From assembly GCA_040766005.1 (NCBI GenBank), contig JAXGRI010000011.1:15292-79291 (forward strand): a stretch of DNA of 64,000 nucleotides, written 5' to 3'. This stretch comes from Flexilinea sp. GTDB taxonomy: Bacteria; Chloroflexota; Anaerolineae; Anaerolineales; Anaerolineaceae. Positions 10,892 through 20,935 of the stretch are shown piece after piece; within the stretch, counting starts at the first letter, position 1; each line of letters starts with the position of its first letter. Below the pieces are notes generated by a model. The model searched no databases, had not been told where the DNA came from, and was given only the letters and a program-made list of their open reading frames with translations. A program made the translations under genes and the position numbers.

Positions 10892-11719
10892 TTATTTTGT
10901 CTGTTCTGCAATAATCGCTTTCGCAACTTCCAGAACATAATGCTGACAGTTGATGGCGGTGGCAGGATCAAAGTTTTCCATATGCAGTTCGCTGTTGGAG
11001 AGTACGCGGATCCCAAGGAACGCAACGTCAAACTGATGGCAGACCTGAGCGGTTGCGAACGTTTCCATCTCTTCAGCGGATGTGTTGAACACCTCATGAA
11101 TTTGTTTGATTCGGTCGATTTCTTTATTCCAGGCATCTCCGGAACCGATGGTGCCATTGACCACATTGCCGTTCGTATAGGTGTCTTTAACTGAATCAGC
11201 CAACGCTAAAAGTTCCGGATCGCTTTGAAGACTTTCCAACTCACCCCATTCATCATCGACGGTCATTTCAAACGTCATTCTGTGCCATGTTTCCGGTTTG
11301 GTACCCATTCCCTCGTCCAGATGGTCCGACTTGTAGGCATTGATCGGAACAATCGTTTCACCGAGAACGATATCGCCGGCATGTAAGGCCGGGTCATGCC
11401 CGCCGGCGGTTCCCTGATTGATGATGCAAAGCGGGTTGAAGTTCATGATCGCGATTGCAGTTGAAGCGGCAGCATTGACCATACCCACTTGGGTTTTGGA
11501 AATGATCACAGGATAACCGTCCAGTTTCCCGGAAACGAAAATATAACCGCCGATGGTGATCCTTTCGGCGTCTTCCAGCGCTTCCATCATCGCTGTGGTT
11601 TCAACGTCCATGGCGCCCTGAATCAGGATTGGGGCTTGCGTTGGCGCGTCTTCTGCGGCAACGGTTCCAAAACAGATTAACACGAAAATGAGCGACATAA
11701 TAACGAGGAACTTCTTCAT
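10892..11719 (-). CDS. Secreted MTA/SAH-nucleosidase-fold (PNP/UDP family) purine nucleosidase
   Basis: Signal peptide MKKFLVIMSLIFVLICFGTVAA; QGAMDVE, VGMVNAA, INQGTAGG, GTIGSGD, EEMETFA, IRVLSN; AAGGAG RBS. Confidence 0.88.
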   Translation of the reverse strand: MKKFLVIMSLIFVLICFGTVAAEDAPTQAPILIQGAMDVETTAMMEALEDAERITIGGYIFVSGKLDGYPVIISKTQVGMVNAAASTAIAIMNFNPLCIINQGTAGGHDPALHAGDIVLGETIVPINAYKSDHLDEGMGTKPETWHRMTFEMTVDDEWGELESLQSDPELLALADSVKDTYTNGNVVNGTIGSGDAWNKEIDRIKQIHEVFNTSAEEMETFATAQVCHQFDVAFLGIRVLSNSELHMENFDPATAINCQHYVLEVAKAIIAEQTK

Positions 11720-11773
11720 AAGTACTTCTCCTTTGATTTGATGGGTTGTCATTTTAATGACTGTATAGACAAG

Positions 11774-11782
11774 ATTATAACA
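11774..11782 (-). promoter_or_regulatory. Extended -10 promoter element for the nucleosidase gene
   Basis: TGTTATAAT on the minus strand about 55 nt upstream of the ATG. Confidence 0.5.
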
Positions 11783-11856
11783 AAATTACCTGAATTGTCT
11801 GGACAACATGACAAATGTGATGGCGAAAAACGGATGACAACCGATGACGATACATT

Positions 11857-13381
11857 TTACAGTCTCGCCAACTTGTAAAAGGAGCTTTTCAGATCCGCGT
11901 ACAACTGCCGGTAGAGCGGATAAAAGCGGTCGTAAACCGCCATGTTTTCCGCTTTCGGCTCCTGCATGGAACGGGTTTGGATCAGCGCTGCGCAAGCGTC
12001 CGGAATAGAGCTGTATAAGCCAGTCCCGACGCCTGCCAGAATGGCAACGCCCAATGCCGGGCCTTCTTTTGCGTCAATGGTCTTCACCCGGCAATGATAA
12101 TTGTCTGCCAGCATCTGACGCCAAAGCGGGCTTCTGCCGCCGCCGCCGGTCACCGTCATATCATTGGTTTTGATCTCCATTTCGTGAAGGATGCTGATGC
12201 TGTCGCGCAACGAGTAGCTGACGCCCTCCATTACAGCCCGGATCAAATGAGCGCGGGTGTGAATTCCCGAAAGCCCGAAGAAAACGCCACGGCAGAATGG
12301 ATCGAGATGCGGGGTGCGTTCTCCATTCAGATAGGGCAGGTAGAGCAGATGCTCAGCTCCGACGGCAATTTTCGCAGCCTCTTCGCTCATTACCTCGTAA
12401 GGGTCAATCTGACGCCTGTGCGCTTCCTCTTTCTCAGCTTGGCATACCTGATCCCGCAGCCAGCGCAGCGAAAAACCGGCTGCCTGATGGACGCCCATCA
12501 CGTGCCAGGCTCCCGGAACCGCACTGCAAAAAGTGTGGACCCGACCTTTGGGGTCAATCCGAACGGTAGAACTATGCGCGTAGACAACGCCAGATGAACC
12601 GATTGTGGTAAACGCCAGCCCGTCTTTTACGACGCCGGTTCCAACTGCTGCTGCGGCGTTATCGCCTGCGCCTCCAACGACCGGCGTGCCGGCTTTCAGT
12701 CCGGTTTCACGGGCTGCTATTGCATGGATCGTCCCACTGATTTTCGGCGATTCATGGACTTCCGCCAGCAGCGAACGATCAATCTGCAGTTTATTCAAAA
12801 TCTCATCTGACCAGCGACGTGCCGGGACATCTAACAGCTGCATGCCCGAGGCGTCCGAGACTTCGGTGGCAAATTCACCAGTCAGCCGGTAGCGGACATA
12901 ATCTTTTGGCAGCAGGATATGGGCGCAGCGCTCATAAACGTCGGGCTGGTGATTGCGTACCCACAAGATTTTTGAGGCGGTGAAGCCAGTGAGCGCCGGA
13001 TTGGCGGTGATCTGAATCAACCGCTCTGCCCCGACAGCATCCGTGATCTGTTCGCACTCTTTTGCGGTACGTTGATCCAGCCACAAGATTGCCCGGCGCA
13101 ATGGCTGTCCCTTTTTGTCCAGCATGACCAGCCCATGCATCTGGCCGGAAATCCCGATCCCGCGGATGTTCTCCGGATCAGCACCGCTGTAGGTCAGGAC
13201 AGCGCGGATACTGTTTTTTGGCTGCCTGCCACCAGTCTTCCGGTTCCTGTTCGCCCCAGCCGTTCTGCTCCTGATAAAGCGGATATTCGATCGTTTCCGA
13301 GCTTAGAACCGTCCCTTTCTCATCGAACAGGACAGTTTTGGTTGCGCTGGTTCCCAAATCAATACCAATCAGGAAGCTCAT
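11857..13381 (-). CDS. xylB: Xylulokinase, FGGY family (frameshifted near 13150-13210)
   Basis: IGIDLGTSATK, GQMHGLV, AILWLDQRT, SDASG, GAGDNAAAA, YLPYLNGERTPH, RAVMEGV, GGGGRSPLWRQ. Confidence 0.9.
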
Positions 13382-13492
13382 TCGTTCACCGAGCTCCAGA
13401 TTGATTGATGGTTCATCGGCACAATTTCTATGATTGTGATGGACATGTTGAATCCTGTTGTAATTGTATGGGTACTATTTTACATGATAATC

Positions 13493-13521
13493 TTGACGTT
13501 TTTCGAGTAGCGAGGTATATT
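13493..13521 (+). promoter_or_regulatory. Sigma70-type promoter of the tRNA gene
   Basis: TTGACG (13493-13498), 17-bp spacer, TATATT (13516-13521). Confidence 0.7.
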
Positions 13522-13544
13522 AATACCGCTGGTTATCTGGCGAT

Positions 13545-13618
13545 GCCCTCGTAGCTCAATTGGATAGAGCGTTTGCTTGCGGAGCAAAAGGTTGGGGATT
13601 CGAGCTCCTCCGAGGGCG
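13545..13618 (+). tRNA. tRNA-Arg, anticodon GCG (CCA not encoded)
   Basis: Acceptor GCCCTCG/CGAGGGC; D arm GCTC/GAGC with A20; anticodon stem TTTGC/GCAAA with loop TT-GCG-GA; T arm GGGGA-TTCGAGC-TCCTC; discriminator G. Confidence 0.95.
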
Positions 13619-13623
13619 CCTGC

Positions 13624-13875
13624 CTAAACTCCCAACTTCTGTGGTTGGGAGTTGGTGTTTAACCAGAACAGACATAACGCTGAACGGAGATATGAAATAA
13701 AAAACGCCATGATTGGATTGTTATCACGCATCATGGCGATTGTGTGTTGGAATGTAGAACCTATGGTTTGATTTCCAGCGCAATTAAAGCAAAACAATTT
13801 AAAGAACAAAATCGTTAAGTACGATAAGAACTCCGCAAAGGAGAAAATAGATCCATAAGAAGGGACTCTTTGCAT
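13624..13875 (-). CDS. Possible small membrane protein (may be frameshifted)
   Basis: 83-aa hydrophobic ORF with purine-rich upstream sequence, downstream of the CAAX gene; no recognisable family. Confidence 0.25.
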   Translation of the reverse strand: MQRVPSYGSIFSFAEFLSYLTILFFKLFCFNCAGNQTIGSTFQHTIAMMRDNNPIMAFFISYLRSALCLFWLNTNSQPQKLGV

Positions 13876-13914
13876 ATTCCAACTTTTCCCCTTTTCCTGT
13901 ATCCCATGTTTTCT

Positions 13915-14665
13915 TTAAAAATACTTCACTCCGGAAACAAGGGCAACAATAAAAGAGAAAACTCCAAATAAGGTCAGGGAGATCATTACCTTTTCCATCA
14001 GAGAATCAGGTGTACTAGGGAACAAGCTGGCAAGATAGAAGATGGTATTATTCGCCACATGGACCAAAATCGGGACCCCACATTGAATAACGTATTCCAA
14101 GATAGGAAAAATAGATTGCCGTTACGATCAGGCTGGTGCTCTGTTCCAGATTCGTATGCATCACAGCAAACATAATTGCCGAAATGAGGATTGCAAGCCA
14201 GGGCCTCGGTTTTTCTATGCCACGCAACAGATGATTTCTAAAGACCAGCTCTTCAATTAGTGGTGCCAGCAAACATGTGTAGAATGCCAGAAAAAAAGAC
14301 GGCGAAGTGGCAATTTCCTTGGCCATCTCAGCTCCAACATTTTCGAATCCCAGTCCTCCAAGAACGAGAAGCCGGTTTAGCCCTTCGGAAAACACACCGC
14401 CGATGATGTTGGTGCCCATCGGTGCAAGGATAAGGAACAGCAACATGAATAAACTAGGACGCTCTCTTTTTTCAGTAAGCTTTTCTACAAACTTCTTCCT
14501 ATCTACACTAAAGTAAATTGATGAAAAAGCTGCCAACACAGTTATGGTCAAAACGATGTTGCTATCCTTAATCCACAAGACTAAGAACATCGGCAGAAGC
14601 GTAAAAATCAGCATGTAGAGAGCAAGACTCCCAAATAATTTGTTGTAGTTGTTTTTTATAAACAA
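13915..14665 (-). CDS. CPBP/CAAX (Abi-family) intramembrane metalloprotease (frameshift near 14085)
   Basis: APLIEELVFR, FAVMH and, in the shifted frame, ILVHVANN; GAGG RBS before TTG. Confidence 0.88.
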
Positions 14666-14883
14666 AATTACCTCTCGTATATTGTGTAATATGATCAAAT
14701 AATGTGTATTTATGAGAGCAAATAAACTTATTTTTTCCCCTCCCCCAATATAACCTCAATGCTCAAGATAAGAGTATACACGAATTAAACAAGAAGCCTG
14801 CAAACAGTCATGCAACGAACCGCAGGAAACTTTATCCCCCAACTTTTTATTGATAAATTCCTTATTTCCCTTAATTATGTGTC

Positions 14884-14917
14884 AATAAAAACCGCCATGA
14901 ATCAAATCATGACGGTT
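14884..14917 (-). terminator. Intrinsic terminator downstream of the DUF4352-like gene
   Basis: Minus strand AACCGTCATGA-TTTGAT-TCATGGCGGTT-TTTATT. Confidence 0.65.
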
Positions 14918-14976
14918 GTATATCAGAACGGTAAACTGCCGGGTTAGGCCCCAGCTCAATTAGTACATTATAAGAA

Positions 14977-15535
14977 TCACCTGTCAATTTGCCAGACAAA
15001 AAGTTCATCGGATGAATAGTCCGGTTCGTAATAAATCTTGATTGGAGCAGGATCAACATAGGTGAAACATACCGACCCTTTTACTTTGTCTCCTGGGATC
15101 AGGACCGTGTCAAGACTGGAAGAATTGCAGTTGTAATAATCGGTTTCCAGTAAAACGCCATCGTCGTTTTTGGCATTGAAGGCGTAATAGCCGTTCAGAT
15201 CAACTTTTTCTTTGCTGGTATTGGTGATGGTGAAAGAAAGCTCCAGATATTCCCCCATTTTAATTCAGCTGCGTTTTAAAAACAATCGTTTGATTCGTGC
15301 CTTGCACCGTATCACCGATACGGTAAATCGGGAACGAATATGAGTCTCCGACTTTTGAACCCTGCCCGGCTGGCAGCTCAGCTGAAAGCATCCCTTCAAG
15401 CGTGGCAATTCTGTTCTCAAGTTCAATGATTTTTGCGGAAAGATCTTCAAGGGTCAGGGTCTGACTTTGGGCGCTGACACCCGCAACGAAGATGATGCAA
15501 AATAACAAGGCGGTCAAGATTGATTTTTTTAACAT
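14977..15535 (-). CDS. Secreted DUF4352-like protein with a short coiled coil (frameshift near 15260)
   Basis: Signal peptide ending AGVSA-QS; LSAKIIELENRIATLE; YRIGDTV; YLELSFTITNTSKEK..LIPGDKVKGSVCF. Confidence 0.65.
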
Positions 15536-15634
15536 ATTTCCTCCTCTAATGATTAACGCACTGATGTAGTAAACACGTTTTTTTAATTATACTGGTTCCA
15601 TTTGACAAATCGTTCATTGCCAGAACGACGGCGG

Positions 15635-16759
15635 TTATCTGGCGGCATGCAACAACGCAGCGACAATTCTTTCGGCGGCTTTCCCATCGCCATATGGATT
15701 CTTCGCCTCAGACATTTTTTGCCACATCTGTTGGTTGTCCATCAATTCCGAAACATGGCAAACGATATCGTTCCGTTCTGTCCCGATTAGCCGCAAATTT
15801 CCGGAATCGACCCCTTCAGGTCTCTCGGTGACCTCGCGCAACACCAGAACCGGCACGCCAAGCCCGGGCGCTTCTTCCTGCAGCCCGCCGGAATCAGTCA
15901 GCAGAATTCGGGTTCGTTTTAGCAGATGAATGAATGTTCGGTACTCCAACGGCGGCAACAGGCTGACGTTGGGCAGATTCGAGAGCGCGGCGGTGACCGT
16001 GTTTCTTACGATCGGGTTTAGGTGGACCGGAAAAACAATGTGCAGACAGTCACTATATTTCTCACTCAGATCAGAAAGGGCCTGGCAGATTTGTTCGAGC
16101 GGTTCCCCGTGATTTTCACGCCGGTGCGCGGTCACGGTTAGAATCCGTTTTTCTTCGAAAGGGATGTTTTCCAGCATTGAGCCTTTTATGCTGAACGGCA
16201 TTGCAGAAATTTGCTGCAGCGCGTCAATCACCGGGTTGCCGGTCACGACGATCTGTTTTGCCGGGATTCCTTCCCGCAGCAGGTTTTGACGAGCCAATTC
16301 GGTCGGCGCAAAATGTAGATCTGCCAGGACAGACGCGATTCGGCGGTTGATTTCCTCTGGGAAAGGTTCGTTTTTGCGATTGCTGCGCAAACCAGCTTCA
16401 ACATGCCCAATCCGAACATTATTATAAAACGCAGCGAGCGCGGATGTCATAACGGTTGTTGTGTCTCCCTGCACCAGCACCCAATCCGGTTTCGTATCGC
16501 GAAAAACCTGACTCATCTGTGTTAAAATCGCGCTGCTGATCTGAACCAGGGATTGGTTTTCTGTCATCAGGTTCAGATCAATATCCGCTTTGATATTGAA
16601 GATTGAGAGTACCTGATCCAACATTTCCCGGTGCTGAGCTGTCAGGCATAAACGGGTTTCAATCATTGGATTTTCAATTAATTTCTGGTAGATGGGCGCC
16701 ATTTTAATGGCTTCCGGTCTTGTCCCAATTGCCAACATTACGATAAGTTTTTTGCTCAT
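15635..16759 (-). CDS. wecB: UDP-N-acetylglucosamine 2-epimerase, non-hydrolysing
   Basis: GTRPEAIKMAP, QHREML, QGDTTT, HVEAGLRS, PFPEEINR, HRREN, TDSGGLQEEAP, TERPEG, NPYGDG. Confidence 0.97.
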   Translation of the reverse strand: MSKKLIVMLAIGTRPEAIKMAPIYQKLIENPMIETRLCLTAQHREMLDQVLSIFNIKADIDLNLMTENQSLVQISSAILTQMSQVFRDTKPDWVLVQGDTTTVMTSALAAFYNNVRIGHVEAGLRSNRKNEPFPEEINRRIASVLADLHFAPTELARQNLLREGIPAKQIVVTGNPVIDALQQISAMPFSIKGSMLENIPFEEKRILTVTAHRRENHGEPLEQICQALSDLSEKYSDCLHIVFPVHLNPIVRNTVTAALSNLPNVSLLPPLEYRTFIHLLKRTRILLTDSGGLQEEAPGLGVPVLVLREVTERPEGVDSGNLRLIGTERNDIVCHVSELMDNQQMWQKMSEAKNPYGDGKAAERIVAALLHAAR

Positions 16760-16980
16760 CCTGATTCCCGGTTGCATTTTCCGGCAGCCCTGAATTGGCA
16801 TTGAACCGGCTGCCTCCCAATGATTATAAGCGGTAAATATCAAGCTGCAGAAGATCCGGCAGGTCTGCTGAGCTGATATTTTGGCGAAATTGTCTCCCTT
16901 TTTCAAAATGTGAAAGTGCGCGCTTTCAAATGAATCTTAAGCCAAGCAGGTGTTGTAGAATTAGGAAGAGGAAAAAGCAC

Positions 16981-18504
16981 ATGTTAGCCAAAGTATTCTC
17001 CTGCACGGTCACTGATCTGGACGGTGACATCATTGAAGTCGAAGTGGACACCGTTTCAGAGGGACTTCCGGGAACGATCATCGTCGGTTTGCCGGATGCC
17101 GCGGTTCAGGAAAGCCGTGAGCGGGTGCGCTCTGCGATCCGCAATACCGGGTTGGATTATCCGCGCAAGAAGATCACTATCAACCTTGCTCCGGCAGATT
17201 TGCGGAAAGAAGGTCCTTTTTTTGACCTGCCAATAGCTGTAGGCATTCTGGCTGCAGCTCGGATTATTCCGGAGCATCCGCTTGCGGAAAGTTTGATTAT
17301 CGGCGAATTGTCGCTTGATGGATCTGCCCGGCATGTCCGCGGTATTCTTCCGATCACAGCCAAGGCGCAGCAATCCGGCTTTAAGACAATTTTTGTGCCG
17401 GCTTGCGATGCAAAGGAAGCTTCGCTGGTTCCCGGTATCGAAGTGATTCCAGTGGCGTCGCTTACTGAAATCTACCAGCATTTTACCGGTCAGAAAATCA
17501 TTCAAGCGGCTGAACCGATGGAAATTAACGCGATTCTGCCAGAGGTGATGACCGATTTTAGCGATATTCAGGGGCAGGAGCATGTTAAGCGGGCGCTTGA
17601 AATCGCTGCGGCCGGAGCCCACAACCTCCTGATGAGCGGCCCTCCGGGCACCGGGAAAACGTTGATGGCGCGGGCGCTGCCGTCCATTCTGCCAAAAATG
17701 AGTGTGGAGGAAGCCCTGGACGTCACCCGAATCTATTCGATTGCTGACATGCTGCCACCTGATCGTCCGCTGGTTCAAACTCGTCCATTCCGTTCACCGC
17801 ATCATACCATCAGCAACGTTGGGTTGGTCGGCGGCGGCAACCATCCCAGACCAGGCGAAATTTCGATGGCTCACCGCGGTGTTCTGTTTTTGGATGAATT
17901 CCCTGAATTCGGCCAACGGGTTTTGGAAGTGCTGCGCCAGCCGCTTGAGGACAAAGTTGTTACAATCTCACGCGCATCTGGTTCCGTTTCTTTTCCGGCG
18001 AATTTTATGCTGGTGGCAGCGATGAATCCCTGCCCTTGTGGTTTTTATGGAGATCCGGTGCGTGCCTGCACTTGCTCTTCCGTGACGATCAGCCGTTATC
18101 GCAAAAGGATTTCCGGGCCTTTGATGGATCGGATTGATATTCATGTTGATGTTCCGCGGATCGATTATCAAAAATTGTCGGCCAGGACGGGACAGGAACG
18201 TTCTGAAGATATTCGGGAACGGGTTGAGCGCGCCCGGGACGTGCAGCTTCAACGCTTTGCGAAAAATCTTGCGATCTTCACAAACGCAGATATGCGTCCG
18301 GCAGAAATTCGGAAGCATTGCGCGCTGGATGGTGAAGGGGATCAGCTGATGCGCGCGGCGATGGAACGTTTTCAGCTTTCCGGAAGGGCATTCCACCGCC
18401 TGTTGAAACTGGCGCGGACGATTGCTGATCTTGAAGGAGTTGAATCAATCCATTCGCATCATCTGGCGGAGGCGATCCAATATCGTCCGCGGACGGTGGA
18501 TTGA
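16981..18504 (+). CDS. comM: YifB/ComM family Mg-chelatase-like AAA+ ATPase
   Basis: VGLPDAAVQESRERVR, NLAPADLRKEG, GPPGTGKT, PFRSPHH, PGEISMAHRGVLFLDE, AAMNPCPCG, ARTIADL. Confidence 0.95.
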   Translation: MLAKVFSCTVTDLDGDIIEVEVDTVSEGLPGTIIVGLPDAAVQESRERVRSAIRNTGLDYPRKKITINLAPADLRKEGPFFDLPIAVGILAAARIIPEHPLAESLIIGELSLDGSARHVRGILPITAKAQQSGFKTIFVPACDAKEASLVPGIEVIPVASLTEIYQHFTGQKIIQAAEPMEINAILPEVMTDFSDIQGQEHVKRALEIAAAGAHNLLMSGPPGTGKTLMARALPSILPKMSVEEALDVTRIYSIADMLPPDRPLVQTRPFRSPHHTISNVGLVGGGNHPRPGEISMAHRGVLFLDEFPEFGQRVLEVLRQPLEDKVVTISRASGSVSFPANFMLVAAMNPCPCGFYGDPVRACTCSSVTISRYRKRISGPLMDRIDIHVDVPRIDYQKLSARTGQERSEDIRERVERARDVQLQRFAKNLAIFTNADMRPAEIRKHCALDGEGDQLMRAAMERFQLSGRAFHRLLKLARTIADLEGVESIHSHHLAEAIQYRPRTVD

Positions 18505-18508
18505 CAAC

Positions 18509-20307
18509 TCAGCGCCAAGTACTCAATAGATCGCTGTAAGTTTTGCCCGGTGTCCCGTCTTCGGTCAGCGGATAATCCGGCAGCACACTATATTCCAGCC
18601 ACTCCTGAATGATTAGAGAAAGATCCTCACCACTTACTTCGCTGAAAAGGGCAATGAACGCATCTCTGTTGATCACATCGTATGCATAGCGTTCTGACAT
18701 TAATCGTACTGCTTCGAAGAACTTTTCCTCTCCCATTTTTTGATAGAGTGCCAGGTAAACCAGTGCACCGCCGGCGTAGGGATTCTGACTGTACATGGAA
18801 TCATAATCTGCGGTGATTCTTGTCGGCCCATAAAGAACCTGACCGAAATCAAGGTCGATTCCGAAAAATTCGTTCAGCTTCTGCCGTTTCAGCGGTTCCA
18901 TCAGCATGGTTCGGCAGCGCGTTTGCGCCAGCTGCCAGAGCGTTTCACCGCTGACGGGTGTTTCTGGTAAAGGCACTGCCAGGCTGTCCCCGGCATCTGA
19001 GCTGATATCGCAAATCAGGTTGATTCCTTCACGAATTATTTGCTCTTGATTGAATGTTGCGCTGCGTACCGCGTCGTGCTCAAGGTATTGGCGGGCGATT
19101 TTTGCGGTGTTCTCAATTTGGATCAGCAAGTTCCCCATGTCCAGATAATTCTGATACGCGGCTTCGCGAAATGCGTTTTCGCCTTGTGCGCATTTCATCC
19201 AAAAAGATTCAGCAAAGGTTGCGAAGCCTTCTTTAATCCAAAGGTCGCTCCAGTCGGCGATACTGACCAGATTGCCAATCCATTGGTGAGCCAGTTCGTG
19301 AGAAAAACCGTTTACGCCGGTGTAAATCATGTCTGATCCATAAACGGAACGGGTTTGTGTTTCCAAGGCGCCACCAAACGACTTTTCGATGACGATACTG
19401 CCGGTATCCCGGAATGGATAAGTGCCGAAAGCTGGCTCGAAACATTTTAGCATGTCGGGCATCAGTTCTGCCCAGTTCTGAAAGGCTTCTCTGTTTTGGA
19501 GCGTCTGCTGATAAAAATCGAGCTGCAACAATCCAGGGCGCAGCAGTTGCTGCTTTATATCAAAATCGCTGATACAGACAGTAAATAGATAGGGAGTCAT
19601 CAGTGAGTCCGCCTGGTATTGATAAGTGACTGTCCCGACAGCATCTTTAGAAACGGAGTGACTGAATTTTTCCTGCAGGTAATGGACAGTGCCATCTGAG
19701 TAACGGATTTCTTCAAGCCGTCCGTTACTGGCAGCGCATACTTTGCCGGGACTGTGATCTGGACGCTGAAAGATGCTTTGTCTTTTGGCGTGTCATTGCA
19801 GGGGAACCAGCGAGAAGCGAGATCTGGCTCGGAGACGATGCAAAACGGCTCTGTTTGGTTCTTCAGAGGGACAGAACCGGATTGCAGGATCATGTGTTCT
19901 TCCGCTATGCCCGAATAGATAACTCGGATTTGGTAATTGGTCTCTTTTTGAAAATCAAAATAGAGAAGCAGGTTCTGTGGCTGTTGCTCAAAAGGCACAA
20001 TCTCACCGTTGACCAACGCTTCGCTGGCGATCATATGGTCAGCAAAATCGAGCGAGAGTTTACTGGCAGATGTGAGGCTGGCCAGTCTCAGTGTGACATC
20101 GCCTTTGAGCAGATTGGCGCTTTCATCCCATTCATACAGTATGTCATAGTGTTGTACATCGTATTCGCAGTTGCCGGCTTCCGGAAAGAGCGAATCCGGT
20201 GCGCACTGGATCGGATTGATCTGGGCATTTGCTGTTTGAATTGGGGAAAAGACCGCCATCAGGGCAAATAAAGCAATCGGTATTTTTTTTAATAAAGAGC
20301 GTTTCAT
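18509..20307 (-). CDS. Secreted M1-family aminopeptidase (frameshifted near 19600-19730)
   Basis: Signal peptide ending TANA-QI; GNCEYDVQHY, WFPCNDTPKDKASF, GGALETQT, HELAHQW..LWIKEGFATF, YAGGALV. Confidence 0.9.
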
Positions 20308-20347
20308 AACTGTCTACATCTTTCTTTTATCAGAGAACGGGTAAGGT

Positions 20348-20935
20348 TCAGGCGAGATCCAGTCCCTGCGGTTTGATTTTCATCGGGATACCGGCAATCA
20401 TATAGTAAACCGTTTGCGCTTGTTGCGCGATCAGTTGATTCGTTCGGCCCAGCACGTCACGGAACAGTCTGCCAAGCGGATATGCCGGCACAACGCCATG
20501 CCCGACTTCATTGGAGACAATCAGCCATTTTGACGATGAAAAATGGTTTACACAGGCGATCAGTTGGTCCAATTCACCGGAGAAGCTGCGCCAGGCGTTG
20601 TCTTCTGTTGTGTTGTCTGGCAGTTTCATCAGGTTGTTCGATACATAAACGGCCAGACAATCCAGCAAGATTATGTCATAAGTGTGATTTTGGAGATGCT
20701 CGCGGATCTGCTGGGCGATGTTTTCTGGCGCTTCCAGCGTGTCCCATTCCTTTGGACGGCGGGATTGATGAATACGGATCCGCTGTCGCATTTCCTCATC
20801 CAATATTCTGGCTGTTGCAACATACAATACTGTTCCGCCGGATTCCAGCGCGAAGTTTTCGGCAAGTGTGCTTTTTCCGCTGCGGGCGCCCCCGAGGATA
20901 AAAGTTAGTGAAGATAGCAGGTTTGGCTGGTTCAT
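20348..20935 (-). CDS. cobU: Bifunctional adenosylcobinamide kinase / cobinamide-phosphate guanylyltransferase
   Basis: LGGARSGKS, YVATA..DEEMRQRI..HQSRRP, LLDCL, VSNEVGHGVVP, FRDVLGRTNQ, IAGIP. Confidence 0.96.
   Translation of the reverse strand: MNQPNLLSSLTFILGGARSGKSTLAENFALESGGTVLYVATARILDEEMRQRIRIHQSRRPKEWDTLEAPENIAQQIREHLQNHTYDIILLDCLAVYVSNNLMKLPDNTTEDNAWRSFSGELDQLIACVNHFSSSKWLIVSNEVGHGVVPAYPLGRLFRDVLGRTNQLIAQQAQTVYYMIAGIPMKIKPQGLDLA

Noticed and set aside
14947-14963. GGCCCCAGCTCAATTAG resembling the tRNA 5' end as an att remnant
   Set aside because: Only 9 contiguous bases match, and integration normally duplicates the 3' part; compatible with chance.
16760-16980. N-terminal extensions of wecB and comM in the ORF track (also 32788-33960, 36320, 61235)
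   Set aside because: Family homology begins at downstream ATGs; the extensions come from longest-ORF calling.
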